A DNA stretch of 61,421 bases from a virus (lineage: Duplodnaviria; Caudoviricetes): the IMG/VR virus record IMGVR_UViG_3300017752_003321, positions 1 through 61,421 of that record, one strand, 5' to 3'. The translations under genes were made by a program, and so were the position numbers. Positions within the stretch are counted from its first letter, which is position 1. The number at the start of each line of letters is the position of its first letter. The notes beneath the pieces were generated by a model. That model saw nothing but the letters and a program-made list of their open reading frames with translations, did not search any database and was not told where the DNA came from. Positions 30,817-40,779 of the stretch are shown piece by piece.

Positions 30817-32183
30817 TGATCAAAGGTGAACCAATTGAAGTTAAGGAAAAACTAGATAAAGTTGGTTGCGGCTTTTGTCTTGCAAAATGGACACAAGTTA
30901 CAATACATCTCGGCACGGGTATAAATCATAGTTGTCATCATGTTAGAGCTCATAGGATAGATCTAAATGAACTTGCTAAAAATCCTAATGCACTTCATAA
31001 TACTGGATTTAAGAAAAATGTTAGAAAGCAAATGCTCAATAACGAACGTCCTAACGAATGTGATTACTGTTGGCGTATTGAGGATAACACTGACAAATTT
31101 AGTGATAGGGTTTACAAAAGTGCTGATGAATTCAGTTGGAGCGATTATGATGCTATTAGTAACTTTAAAGGTGATGAAGATTTTTATCCTCGTTATGTTG
31201 AAATAAGTTTTAGTAATGTTTGTAACTTTAAATGTGCTTATTGCGGACCAGCGTTTAGTAGTAAGTGGACAGAAGAAGTAAAACAAAATGGACCATATGA
31301 TTTAAACACTTGGTCATACAATATGATTGATCCTAATGAAACTCCTATTCCGGAGCGTGAAGACAATCCATATATCGAAGCATTTTGGAAATGGTTTCCA
31401 GAAGCAGTAAAACATATGCACACTTTTCGCATTACAGGCGGAGAGCCTTTATTAAGCAAACATACTCAGCGTGTAATAGATTATCTTATTGAAAATCCGC
31501 AACCTCAATTACAGTTTGCTATAAACAGTAATGCATGTCCACCTAAAGATTTATGGGTGAAGTTTACAAAATCAATTAAAAAGTTAGAAGATTCAAATGC
31601 AATAAAAGAATTCTGTTTGTACACAAGTGCAGAAAGTACAGGCCCACAAGCAGAATATAGTAGATTTGGTATGGATTGGAATTTGTTTACAGATAATATA
31701 GAATATTTTGCTAGGAATACTAGCAGTAAGATTAGTTTTATGAGTGCATTTAATATATACAGTCTGCCTACATTTAAAAGTTTCTTAGTTTATATTTTAT
31801 ATCTCAAGTCAACATATTTTGGCAGACATAAAGGAAATCAACGGATACTAATTGATATTCCTTATGTTCGTAATCCTTCATTCTTAGATGTTAAAATTGC
31901 AAATGAACAAGTAGTTGATGACTATCTTAAACCTGCACTTACATTTATGAAGCAAAATACAGACCATCATGGTTTTAAAGAAGTAGAAACTGCAAAATTA
32001 GAACGCATTGTTTCTGATGTTGAACACAGGCTTACTAATAAAGACGACTTTTGGAAAGAACAGCAAGAAGCTCAAAAAATGTTTTTTATGTTTACAAAAC
32101 AATATGACAAAAGAAGAGATATAAACTTTGTAAAAATTTTTCCTGAGTACGAACAATTTTTGGAGATTTGTAAACATGTATGA
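30816..32183 (+). CDS. radical SAM protein with N-terminal Twitch/SPASM-like Cys domain (family A)
   Basis: CNFKCAYC and ITGGEPL. N-terminal FCLAKW..SCHH..ECDYCW. Confidence 0.9.
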   Translation: MIKGEPIEVKEKLDKVGCGFCLAKWTQVTIHLGTGINHSCHHVRAHRIDLNELAKNPNALHNTGFKKNVRKQMLNNERPNECDYCWRIEDNTDKFSDRVYKSADEFSWSDYDAISNFKGDEDFYPRYVEISFSNVCNFKCAYCGPAFSSKWTEEVKQNGPYDLNTWSYNMIDPNETPIPEREDNPYIEAFWKWFPEAVKHMHTFRITGGEPLLSKHTQRVIDYLIENPQPQLQFAINSNACPPKDLWVKFTKSIKKLEDSNAIKEFCLYTSAESTGPQAEYSRFGMDWNLFTDNIEYFARNTSSKISFMSAFNIYSLPTFKSFLVYILYLKSTYFGRHKGNQRILIDIPYVRNPSFLDVKIANEQVVDDYLKPALTFMKQNTDHHGFKEVETAKLERIVSDVEHRLTNKDDFWKEQQEAQKMFFMFTKQYDKRRDINFVKIFPEYEQFLEICKHV

Positions 32184-32856
32184 TATTGTTTTTATAAGCT
32201 ATCACGAACCTAATGCAGAAGAAAATTTTAATGATCTTTATACAAGATACAATACTGTTGGAGTATTTGGTGATAGAGTAAAACGTGTAAAAGATGTTAA
32301 AGGCATTCACAACGCTCATGTAGAAGCGGCCAAACTTGCAAACACAAGTTACTTTTATGTAGTAGATGGTGACGCAAAGGTCGTACAAGACTTCAAATTT
32401 GCTCATACAGCAGAGGAAACAGATGTAGTGCATGTTTATCGTAGTTCAAATCCTATTAACAATTTAACATATGGATATGGCGGAATAAAGTTGTTGCCAA
32501 CTACACTTACACTTAATATGGATACAACTACTAATGATATGACCACAAGCATTAGTGATAAGTTTAAGGTTATGAATGAAGTAAGTAATATAACAGCATT
32601 TAACACTGATGCGTTTAGTACTTGGAAGAGTGCATTTAGAGAATGTGCAAAACTAAGCAGTAAAACTATTAAAGGACAAAAAAATGATGAAACAGAAAAA
32701 AGACTACACATTTGGACAACAGTTGGAGGAGATGTTCCCTTCGGCAAGTACGCTATTGCAGGTGCTGTTGCTGGCAGGGACTTTGGGCTTTCTAGCGAGT
32801 CTGATCTTCAGTTGATAAACAATTTTGATTGGTTAAAGGAACAGTTCGATGATTAA
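32176..32856 (+). CDS. glycosyltransferase-like protein (GT2-like, DxD)
   Basis: DIVFISY.EPNA, VKGIHNAH..AA, FYVVDGD, YGYGGIK, TWKSAFRECAKL. Confidence 0.65.
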   Translation: MYDIVFISYHEPNAEENFNDLYTRYNTVGVFGDRVKRVKDVKGIHNAHVEAAKLANTSYFYVVDGDAKVVQDFKFAHTAEETDVVHVYRSSNPINNLTYGYGGIKLLPTTLTLNMDTTTNDMTTSISDKFKVMNEVSNITAFNTDAFSTWKSAFRECAKLSSKTIKGQKNDETEKRLHIWTTVGGDVPFGKYAIAGAVAGRDFGLSSESDLQLINNFDWLKEQFDD

Positions 32857-33538
32857 ATGGAAAGATGATAATGATATATTTGGTAGAATGCTTATCCTGA
32901 CGAATAATCCATTATTTAATAATCTTCGGAATGCTGTTGACAACCACAATGCTGATCTTAGCGATGCTCTTAGTTGGGGACAATTAAAAAGCAAAAGATG
33001 GCTAGTAGATGAATTAGAAAAGATAGATTTGCCATTAGGAACTATATTTTTATGTGCAGGCTGGTATGCTACACTTGCTAGTATGTTATTTGCAAGTAAA
33101 TGTAGTGTAACTAAAATACGTAGTTTTGATATAGATGATAACTGTGCAACTATTGCAGAAACAGTTAACAGGAATAACACAAAAAACGAATGGAGGTTCA
33201 AAGCATCTACAGCAGATATACATAATATAGAATACACAGATTATACGTATAAAACAAAACGATTTGACGGAACAGTATGCGAGATTACAGACACTGCTGA
33301 AACTGTAATTAATACAAGTTGTGAACACATAGTAGACTTTAATAAATGGTATTCAAAAATTCCTAATCAAACTATTGTTGTGCTTCAAAGTAATAACTAT
33401 TTTGAAATTGACGATCATATTAATTGTTCAAAAAATATTTTAGAATTTGCTGAGCAGACACCGATGACTGATTGTTTATACAGTGGTGTATTAGAATTAC
33501 CTAAATATACAAGATTTATGAGAATAGGAGTAAAGTGA
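32849..33538 (+). CDS. class I SAM-dependent methyltransferase-like protein
   Basis: Motif-I-like IFLCAGWYA, acidic IRSFDID, and VINTSCEH Rossmann pattern. Confidence 0.65.
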   Translation: MIKWKDDNDIFGRMLILTNNPLFNNLRNAVDNHNADLSDALSWGQLKSKRWLVDELEKIDLPLGTIFLCAGWYATLASMLFASKCSVTKIRSFDIDDNCATIAETVNRNNTKNEWRFKASTADIHNIEYTDYTYKTKRFDGTVCEITDTAETVINTSCEHIVDFNKWYSKIPNQTIVVLQSNNYFEIDDHINCSKNILEFAEQTPMTDCLYSGVLELPKYTRFMRIGVK

Positions 33539-34084
33539 ATGCAAAAAGTTATACATGAGACACACTTATCTAAAATAGTTCATGATCTTGATAAAAATAT
33601 TCTGATTAAAACACTCAAAAAAAGAGATATTCACCGAGCATGGTTTGACCTTTATCAGAAACTACAAGAAAAAACTCCTAATGTTGTAAAAATATTTGAT
33701 ATGATAGATAAACGTACCTACACGATGGAATATTTAGATCACATAATTGATAACTTTGATGACTTTACAAAACCACCTAGGGTATTTCCTCCTGAAAAAA
33801 AGTTAACTAAGTTAGACTTTTTAAGACTTCATAAGTGTATAAACAGCGTGTGGACATCAGCATTTGAATTAAGTCTAGATTTACCAGATCATGAATTTTT
33901 TACAAATAACGATGCCAAGTTAGCTAATATATGCATACTCAAACATAAGAGCGGATATCAATTCAAGTATATAGATGCAGATGGATGGTCAACAACTAAC
34001 GGTTATCATAGCATAGATTGTTATTATCAAACACAATTAAAAATAGCATTACAAATGCAGAGGATTTTAGTTCCTAATGTATAG
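33539..34084 (+). CDS. protein-kinase-like fold phosphotransferase
   Basis: ILIK (VAIK-like), VVKIF..YTMEYL hinge, NNDAKLANI (catalytic-loop-like), YIDAD (DFG-like). Confidence 0.55.
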   Translation: MQKVIHETHLSKIVHDLDKNILIKTLKKRDIHRAWFDLYQKLQEKTPNVVKIFDMIDKRTYTMEYLDHIIDNFDDFTKPPRVFPPEKKLTKLDFLRLHKCINSVWTSAFELSLDLPDHEFFTNNDAKLANICILKHKSGYQFKYIDADGWSTTNGYHSIDCYYQTQLKIALQMQRILVPNV

Positions 34085-35153
34085 ATACCAAGATATAAAA
34101 ACAATACATCTTGAAGTCACTCAAAACTGTCAAGCGGCTTGTCCTATGTGCGATCGTAATTGCAATGGTGAAGGAGTCAATCCACACATAAAACTTGATG
34201 AACTTACATTAGAAGATTGTAAACGTATTTTTTCGCCTACGTTTATTGCACAACTAGATACAATGTATATGTGCGGTAACTTAGGAGATCCTATAGTTGC
34301 ACGAGATACATTAGAAATATTCCGCTATTTTAGAAAACATAATTCGCAAATGTGGTTAAGTATGAATACAAACGCAGGAGCAAGAGATGAAACATGGTGG
34401 GCAAACTTGGCCGAAATCTTTGGAAGGATGGGGTCTGTTATTTTTAGCGTGGACGGTCTTTCCGATACTAATCATTTATATCGTCAAGGTGTTGTATGGA
34501 ATAATGTAGAACGTAGCATGGATGCTTTTATAGAAGCTGGCGGTAGAGCACGTTGGGACTTTTTAATATTTGAACATAATCAACATCAAGTTGAAGAAGC
34601 AAAAGCACTAAGCGAACAAAAAGGTTTTGAAAAATTTACTGCTAAAAAGACTGGACGCTTTATTACTACTAACAGTGATAAGAAAGAATCTCATCAAGCA
34701 GTAGATAAAAAAGGTAACGAAACTACAGAGCTTAAAAAGCCAGATGCAAAATATCAAAACAAGGCATTACAGAAGCAAGATGTTATTATTAACAAATATG
34801 GTAGTATGGATGCTTATTATGATGCCGCACCTATTGTATGTAAAGTAAAAAAGGATAATAGTTTATTCATCACAGCCGAAGGACTAGCCATGCCATGTTG
34901 TTGGACAGCTGGACGTATGTACAAATGGTGGAACAAAGATCCTTATGTAGAACAGATATGGGAACATATTGATATTGCAGGAGGCAAAGATGCCATCAAT
35001 GCAAAAAAAGGTTTGCGAGAAGTATTTGATACAGGAATATTTGATACAATTCAGCGTAGTTGGAAGTATGAAAGTTGTAATTTAGGAAAACTTAAAGTTT
35101 GCGCCATGAAGTGCGGAGCAGAGTTCGATCCGTATGCTGAGCAATTTAGATAA
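34077..35153 (+). CDS. radical SAM protein with C-terminal Twitch/SPASM-like domain (family B)
   Basis: CQAACPMC, CGNLGDP, VDG..DTNHLYR, FEHN.HQ, PCCW...CAMKC. Confidence 0.9.
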   Translation: MYRYQDIKTIHLEVTQNCQAACPMCDRNCNGEGVNPHIKLDELTLEDCKRIFSPTFIAQLDTMYMCGNLGDPIVARDTLEIFRYFRKHNSQMWLSMNTNAGARDETWWANLAEIFGRMGSVIFSVDGLSDTNHLYRQGVVWNNVERSMDAFIEAGGRARWDFLIFEHNQHQVEEAKALSEQKGFEKFTAKKTGRFITTNSDKKESHQAVDKKGNETTELKKPDAKYQNKALQKQDVIINKYGSMDAYYDAAPIVCKVKKDNSLFITAEGLAMPCCWTAGRMYKWWNKDPYVEQIWEHIDIAGGKDAINAKKGLREVFDTGIFDTIQRSWKYESCNLGKLKVCAMKCGAEFDPYAEQFR

Positions 35154-35169
35154 GATAAGTAAGTATATA

Positions 35170-36213
35170 ATGGTTACTATAGACGATATTATTAAAATAG
35201 AATTAGAAATTACAAGTGATTGCAATGCGGCATGTCCGGGATGTGCTAGAACACGCCATATAGATAAATTATTAGTTACAAAATTTAGTTTTAATGATCT
35301 TAAACGCATTTTTCCTGATGTACGACATATAAAAGGTAAAGAATTTAAACTTTGTGGTGTGTTAGGCGATCCTATGATACATCCTGAAGTGGTTGATATG
35401 ACAGAATATTTGCTTGGCAATGGCGGAAGTGTGACAATAAGCACTAATGCAGGTGTAGGCAAAAAAGAAGATTATTATAGACTAGGAATGTTAAGTAGTA
35501 AATTTACAAATAAATTTATAATGCAGGCATGCATTGATGGGCATAGAGAAACAAATCATATCTACAGGGTGAATACAAAGTTCGATGTAATTGAAAGAAA
35601 CCTAAAAGAGTTTGCAAAAAATTCATATAAAGAACAGGATAAAAATAGATGGGTTTTTATTGTTTTTGATCATAATGAATATGAAATCGAAGCGGCTAAA
35701 AAACATGCTACAGAATTAGGTATGGTATTTTATACACGTACTGGTATGCGTAACGATTTACACAACTGGATTGCAGAGTTAGGTAAAAAGAATAACAAAG
35801 CACAAAAAGTTATTAGTACTAGTAAAGAACACAAGGGTAAGCAACAAGTGCTTGAGTTGGATAAATTGATTGCAACAAATAAAGTAGATACTGAAACACT
35901 AAAAACTATAAAATGTAAGTATGTACATGAGGGTGAATTATTTATAAATTCACAACAACAATTATGGCCTTGCTGTTTTTTGTGGGATACTATGTTTAGA
36001 GATAAAGAAAATATAAGAGAAAAATATTCTGAATTTGGCCCCAATTGGAATAATTTGAAAAAAATGACTATAGATAATATATTGGCTAGCCCATATTATG
36101 ATAAAGTGTTACAAGACAGTTGGAATCCTAATCATAATAAACATCTTTCAAGGTGTATACGGACTTGCGGATATAATGCGGCCTACCAGAATAAAGTGGA
36201 GAAAGTAGTATGA
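35170..36213 (+). CDS. radical SAM protein with C-terminal Twitch/SPASM-like domain (family B)
   Basis: ATG 35170 aligns with the paralogue starts. CNAACPGC, CGVLGDP, IDG..ETNHIYR, PCCF...CIRTC. Confidence 0.9.
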   Translation: MVTIDDIIKIELEITSDCNAACPGCARTRHIDKLLVTKFSFNDLKRIFPDVRHIKGKEFKLCGVLGDPMIHPEVVDMTEYLLGNGGSVTISTNAGVGKKEDYYRLGMLSSKFTNKFIMQACIDGHRETNHIYRVNTKFDVIERNLKEFAKNSYKEQDKNRWVFIVFDHNEYEIEAAKKHATELGMVFYTRTGMRNDLHNWIAELGKKNNKAQKVISTSKEHKGKQQVLELDKLIATNKVDTETLKTIKCKYVHEGELFINSQQQLWPCCFLWDTMFRDKENIREKYSEFGPNWNNLKKMTIDNILASPYYDKVLQDSWNPNHNKHLSRCIRTCGYNAAYQNKVEKVV

Positions 36214-37208
36214 CTTGGAAAGTACCAGTATCAGAAAGGTTAGGGTTACAAGTAGAACTTACTAATCATTGTAATGCGGCATGCCACGCTTGTGCAAGAG
36301 TATGGCTAGTTAAAAATAAAGATAAAAAAGATTGGCACGAATATGATCTTTCAGTTAACGACAACTATGTAAGTCTAGAAGATTTTAAAGGTTGGGTTGA
36401 TAAAGATAAGTGGACAAGGTTAAAAAGAATTTTATTTTGTGGTAATTATGATGAACCTACAATTAATCCAGATGTTATAGAAATATGTAAATGGATAATT
36501 GATAGTAAGACTTTATTCCCTGCATTGCCTAAAATTACTATATCAACAAACGGCGGCGCCAGGAATGAAGAGTTTTATAGTGAATTAGGAAAATTATCCA
36601 AAGACAATCCAAACCGATTAAAAGTTAACTTTGGTATAGATGGATTTGAAGATACTAATCATCTGTATAGAGTTAATGTTAAATGGGAAAAGTTACAAAA
36701 AAATTGGAGAGCATATATAGCGGCAGGAGGAGAAGCATGGTGGCAATGGATAGAGTTTTCGCATAACAGCCATCAAAAGCATCTTGTTGCTGATTATGCT
36801 AAGAAAGAAGGATTTGTTAAAATCAAACGTATTAATAGTTGGCGCCCTAATGTAGCTGGCGCAAAAAATGTCGGCTATATAGAAAAGAAAGAGTCTCCTA
36901 AAATTGTACCAGATTGTTATAAGAATACTATGGATAGTCAAGGAATTTTTATTAACTACCAAGGATATATGACCCCTTGCTGTTGGATGGCAACAAATAG
37001 TGGATTCAAAGGCCTAGCCAACAACTTTTCTAACGATCACGGCAAAGATGGACATAAACTCAACGGCACTAATAGTATTCAAAGTGTATTTGATTCACAA
37101 TGGTTTACTGATTTTGCAGTTGAAATGGAAGCAGGAAAGATTCCAGTGTGTACTACAAAGTGCAAAGAAAATAAAACCAACTACTATAATTTTCAGGATA
37201 TAAGATGA
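36210..37208 (+). CDS. radical SAM protein with C-terminal Twitch/SPASM-like domain (family B)
   Basis: CNAACHAC, CGNYDEP, IDG..DTNHLYR, PCCW...CTTKC. Confidence 0.9.
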   Translation: MTWKVPVSERLGLQVELTNHCNAACHACARVWLVKNKDKKDWHEYDLSVNDNYVSLEDFKGWVDKDKWTRLKRILFCGNYDEPTINPDVIEICKWIIDSKTLFPALPKITISTNGGARNEEFYSELGKLSKDNPNRLKVNFGIDGFEDTNHLYRVNVKWEKLQKNWRAYIAAGGEAWWQWIEFSHNSHQKHLVADYAKKEGFVKIKRINSWRPNVAGAKNVGYIEKKESPKIVPDCYKNTMDSQGIFINYQGYMTPCCWMATNSGFKGLANNFSNDHGKDGHKLNGTNSIQSVFDSQWFTDFAVEMEAGKIPVCTTKCKENKTNYYNFQDIR

Positions 37209-38608
37209 CCGATTCACCTAGCGAAACATTTTGCATTTTACCTTGGGTACATTTGAGCACTAGACCTGATGGAAGTATGCGTGTTTGTTGTACAGCCAAT
37301 GCTAGTAGTGTTGGCCCTACTAACGATAAAGAACATGGCGGACAAGTTGGAATACTTAAAGACGATGAAGGTAAGCCTAACAATTTAAATGTAGTTGACT
37401 TTGAAACTGCATGGAACAGCAAATATATGTGTAATGTTAGAAAACAAATGTTAGCTGGTGAAAAACCTCCAAGTTGTATTAAGTGTTATAAAGAAGAAGA
37501 TGCAGGACATAATTCTAAACGTATGTGGGAAACAGCATACTGGAAAAAACGTGTAAATTTAGATAAACTTTTACAAGAAACTAACGAAGACGGTAGTGTA
37601 CCTCCTAATCTTGCATATATCGATTTAAGATTTGGAACAAAATGTCAACTTGCATGTGTTATGTGTTCGCCTCATGATAGTAGTGGTTGGATCAAAGATT
37701 ATAAAAAAATATTTCCTCAAGTAAAAAACGAGTCTTTAAAAGAAATTATGCAATGGGAAAATAAAGGTAGTACGAATGGTAGTAGTTATAACTGGCATAA
37801 ACAAAATCCTATATTCTGGCAACAATTTTATGAACAAATGAAGCATATGAAGCAAATTTACTTTGCTGGCGGAGAAAGTTTGATTATCGAGGAACATTAT
37901 GAAATATTAGAAGAAGCAATTAGACAAGGGTTAGCACCGCAATTAGAATTGCGTTATAATTCAAACGGAGTAGAATGGCGCGATGACCTATTTGAGTTAT
38001 GGAGTCATTTTAAATTAGTTAGATTTCATTATAGTGTTGACAGTATAGAAACTATGAATGAGTATATACGTTACCCAAGTAAATGGGATAGGACTAGAGA
38101 AGTATTTCACATATTAGACAAAGAAACAACAGACAATGTTGAAATAACTGTTGCTTGTGCAGTACAAGCCTTAAACATTTACTATATTCCTGACTTTATT
38201 AAATGGAAGATGCAAGAAGGTTTTAAAAAAGTAAATATGTGGCCGTTCGGTGCAGGTATGATCAACTATCATTTTGTATATTGGCCCGCACATTTAAATG
38301 TAAAAGTACTTCCTAAATGGTTTAAAGAAGAATGTAGACGTAAGTATGAAGAATTTTATCCTTGGTTAGAAGAAAATTGGGAACTATGTATACCTAGTTG
38401 GCACAAAGGAAAGGTAGATTACGAAAAATGGCGTGAAGCAAGTTATGGTATTAGCAGATTAAATGGTATGTTAAGTTTTATGGAGTCAGAAGACTGGAGC
38501 AGACGATTACCTGAAATGAAAGAATTTTTAACCCTGTGTGATAAACAACGTGGTATTACATTTGAAGAAACATTTCCGGAGATGAAGGATATCTTTAATG
38601 AGCTTTGA
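37205..38608 (+). CDS. radical SAM protein with N-terminal Twitch/SPASM-like Cys domain (family A)
   Basis: N-terminal FCILPW..RVCC..CIKC, then CQLACVMC, FAGGES, YIRYPSKW. Confidence 0.9.
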   Translation: MTDSPSETFCILPWVHLSTRPDGSMRVCCTANASSVGPTNDKEHGGQVGILKDDEGKPNNLNVVDFETAWNSKYMCNVRKQMLAGEKPPSCIKCYKEEDAGHNSKRMWETAYWKKRVNLDKLLQETNEDGSVPPNLAYIDLRFGTKCQLACVMCSPHDSSGWIKDYKKIFPQVKNESLKEIMQWENKGSTNGSSYNWHKQNPIFWQQFYEQMKHMKQIYFAGGESLIIEEHYEILEEAIRQGLAPQLELRYNSNGVEWRDDLFELWSHFKLVRFHYSVDSIETMNEYIRYPSKWDRTREVFHILDKETTDNVEITVACAVQALNIYYIPDFIKWKMQEGFKKVNMWPFGAGMINYHFVYWPAHLNVKVLPKWFKEECRRKYEEFYPWLEENWELCIPSWHKGKVDYEKWREASYGISRLNGMLSFMESEDWSRRLPEMKEFLTLCDKQRGITFEETFPEMKDIFNEL

Positions 38609-39716
38609 TACCGTAGATTTATTGACAGGAGATGTATTTCAAATTACATGGGATTTAGGAAGAAGATGTAATTATGATTGTAGTTATTGCCCTGCACACA
38701 GACATGATAACTTTAGTAAACATGCAACTTTGGATGAATTAAAAAGTAGTGTAGATTTTGTATTTGAATATATCGATACTTATATGCAACATCGAACATA
38801 TAAAGAAGCAAATATTAGTTTTACTGGCGGCGAGCCAACTGTTAACCCAAATTTTATTGCTTTTGTAAAATATTTAAAGGAACAATACGAATTAAAGTAT
38901 AAAGACAAATGGGTTTGTGGATTTTCGTTAACAAGTAACGGTGCTATGAGTTCTAAGATGGCACAAAGTATTATAGATAATCTATATTACATAACGGTAA
39001 GTTATCATGCCGAAAGTTCTGAAAAATTAAAACAGCAGGTAAAGGATAGGATATTACAATTCCATAATGCAGGATTTAACATGAACTGTAATGTAATGTT
39101 TCATGCACAGCATTTTGATGAATGTAAAGAACTATGCTCGTGGTTAAAGAACTTAGGAGTTGATTTTACTCCGAGAATTATAGGAGAAGAACCAGACAGT
39201 GCAAAAACATTTGCCCACGTATACACAGAAGAACAAATTAATTGGATGAAAACTTATTGGGGTCTTAAAGTTCCTAATAAAAACAAAGTTGATTCTAAAG
39301 AAAAACAACTAGGAAATAGTATAGGACGTCCATGTTGTGGCGGCAGAAAAATGTGTCTAAGTTCAGGCACAAATAGTCGTACAGACAAATTTGTAGACTT
39401 TAGAGAATTTAAAGGTTGGAGTTGTAGTGTAAATTGGTTCTTCCTACACTTAGAACAACAAACAGATCAAATATTCCATCATCAAACATGCCAAGCAAAG
39501 TTTGATGGGACTAGGGGAGCAATAGGAAAAATAAGTGAAGGATATAAAGTAGTAAAAGAACTTAAACACAAACTAGAAACACAAACAATGCCTACTATTA
39601 TATGTCCCAAACATACTTGTGGTTGTGGGTTGTGTGCTCCTAAGAGCAAGTATCAAGAAAAATATTTAGAAACTACTAAAAGACATTTTGATATTGGAGT
39701 ATTAGATGTCGTATAA
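38598..39716 (+). CDS. radical SAM protein with Cys-rich C-terminus (family C)
   Basis: WDLGRRCNYDCSYC, FTGGEPT, FKGWSC, ICPKHTCGCGLC. Confidence 0.9.
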   Translation: MSFDTVDLLTGDVFQITWDLGRRCNYDCSYCPAHRHDNFSKHATLDELKSSVDFVFEYIDTYMQHRTYKEANISFTGGEPTVNPNFIAFVKYLKEQYELKYKDKWVCGFSLTSNGAMSSKMAQSIIDNLYYITVSYHAESSEKLKQQVKDRILQFHNAGFNMNCNVMFHAQHFDECKELCSWLKNLGVDFTPRIIGEEPDSAKTFAHVYTEEQINWMKTYWGLKVPNKNKVDSKEKQLGNSIGRPCCGGRKMCLSSGTNSRTDKFVDFREFKGWSCSVNWFFLHLEQQTDQIFHHQTCQAKFDGTRGAIGKISEGYKVVKELKHKLETQTMPTIICPKHTCGCGLCAPKSKYQEKYLETTKRHFDIGVLDVV

Positions 39717-40779
39717 TTGCTTAGAGTCAATAAACAGTATATATGTTGAGAAAGCAGAACAAGGATATGCAGTAAGTCCGTGCTGTCTATATAAAGATAA
39801 AAGTAAAGTTTTTGTACCTACTTTAGATGATGTCATTGACAATCCAACAATTAATGAGATTAGAGAAGGTTTTAAAGGATATTGGAAACGACCTGAATGC
39901 ATAGCCTGTGTACAAAAGGAACAAATAGGCAAAAAAAGTAAGAGACTACGTAGTTTAGATAGACCAGCTAATCAAATTACAAGTTGGGATTTGCGTCCAG
40001 GAAATACTTGTAACTTAAAATGTGCCATGTGTAATCCTGGTAATAGTAGTAAATGGTATGAAGATATAGATGTTTACAAAAAATATCTTGGACCATTTAC
40101 TAATGAAAATAACAGACAGTCAAGAGAGTCGCTAGATTGGGATTGGATATATGAAAAATGTGTAGACAAAGCAGAAATAATTTATATAGCAGGCGGCGAA
40201 CCTTTTTATATGAAGCCAGTTCAAAAATTTCTAAAACAGTTATCTAACCACGAATGGAATTGTAACAACACAAGAATACAAATTCAAACTAATGGTGTAA
40301 GTAATACTCCACATCTATTAAACATATTAAGTAAATTTAAAAAGTTAGAATTTAGTATCAGTGTTGATGGTTGGGGGAGCGTAAATGATCTTATACGGTT
40401 TCCAACTAAACATAAAGACTTTTTAAAAAATACACAAGAACTTGTTGACTTAAATTGCGATCATCTATATTTTAATATTACTGTACAAGCAATGAACTTA
40501 CCTAATGTTGATAAGTTAGTAACAAAATTACAAGAAACTTGGAACGGAAAATATGATGTTCATAAGTTAACCAAACCTAGTTATCTAGCAGTAAATTGCT
40601 TAAAACCTAAAGTAGTTGAAAGAGTTTTACATGATACAAAAGTTTTTGAATTAAACAGTTTTTATAAAGATTATAAATTTGATAGCAAGTTAAATAAACG
40701 TATGCAAAGTTTCCTTTTAGATTTAGATGCTAAAAGAGGAACTGATAGCAGAAAAATTATACCGTGGTGTTTTGAGTAA
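39706..40779 (+). CDS. radical SAM protein with N-terminal Twitch/SPASM-like Cys domain (family A)
   Basis: N-terminal NCL..SPCC..ECIAC, then CNLKCAMC, IAGGEPF, QTNG. Confidence 0.9.
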   Translation: MSYNCLESINSIYVEKAEQGYAVSPCCLYKDKSKVFVPTLDDVIDNPTINEIREGFKGYWKRPECIACVQKEQIGKKSKRLRSLDRPANQITSWDLRPGNTCNLKCAMCNPGNSSKWYEDIDVYKKYLGPFTNENNRQSRESLDWDWIYEKCVDKAEIIYIAGGEPFYMKPVQKFLKQLSNHEWNCNNTRIQIQTNGVSNTPHLLNILSKFKKLEFSISVDGWGSVNDLIRFPTKHKDFLKNTQELVDLNCDHLYFNITVQAMNLPNVDKLVTKLQETWNGKYDVHKLTKPSYLAVNCLKPKVVERVLHDTKVFELNSFYKDYKFDSKLNKRMQSFLLDLDAKRGTDSRKIIPWCFE

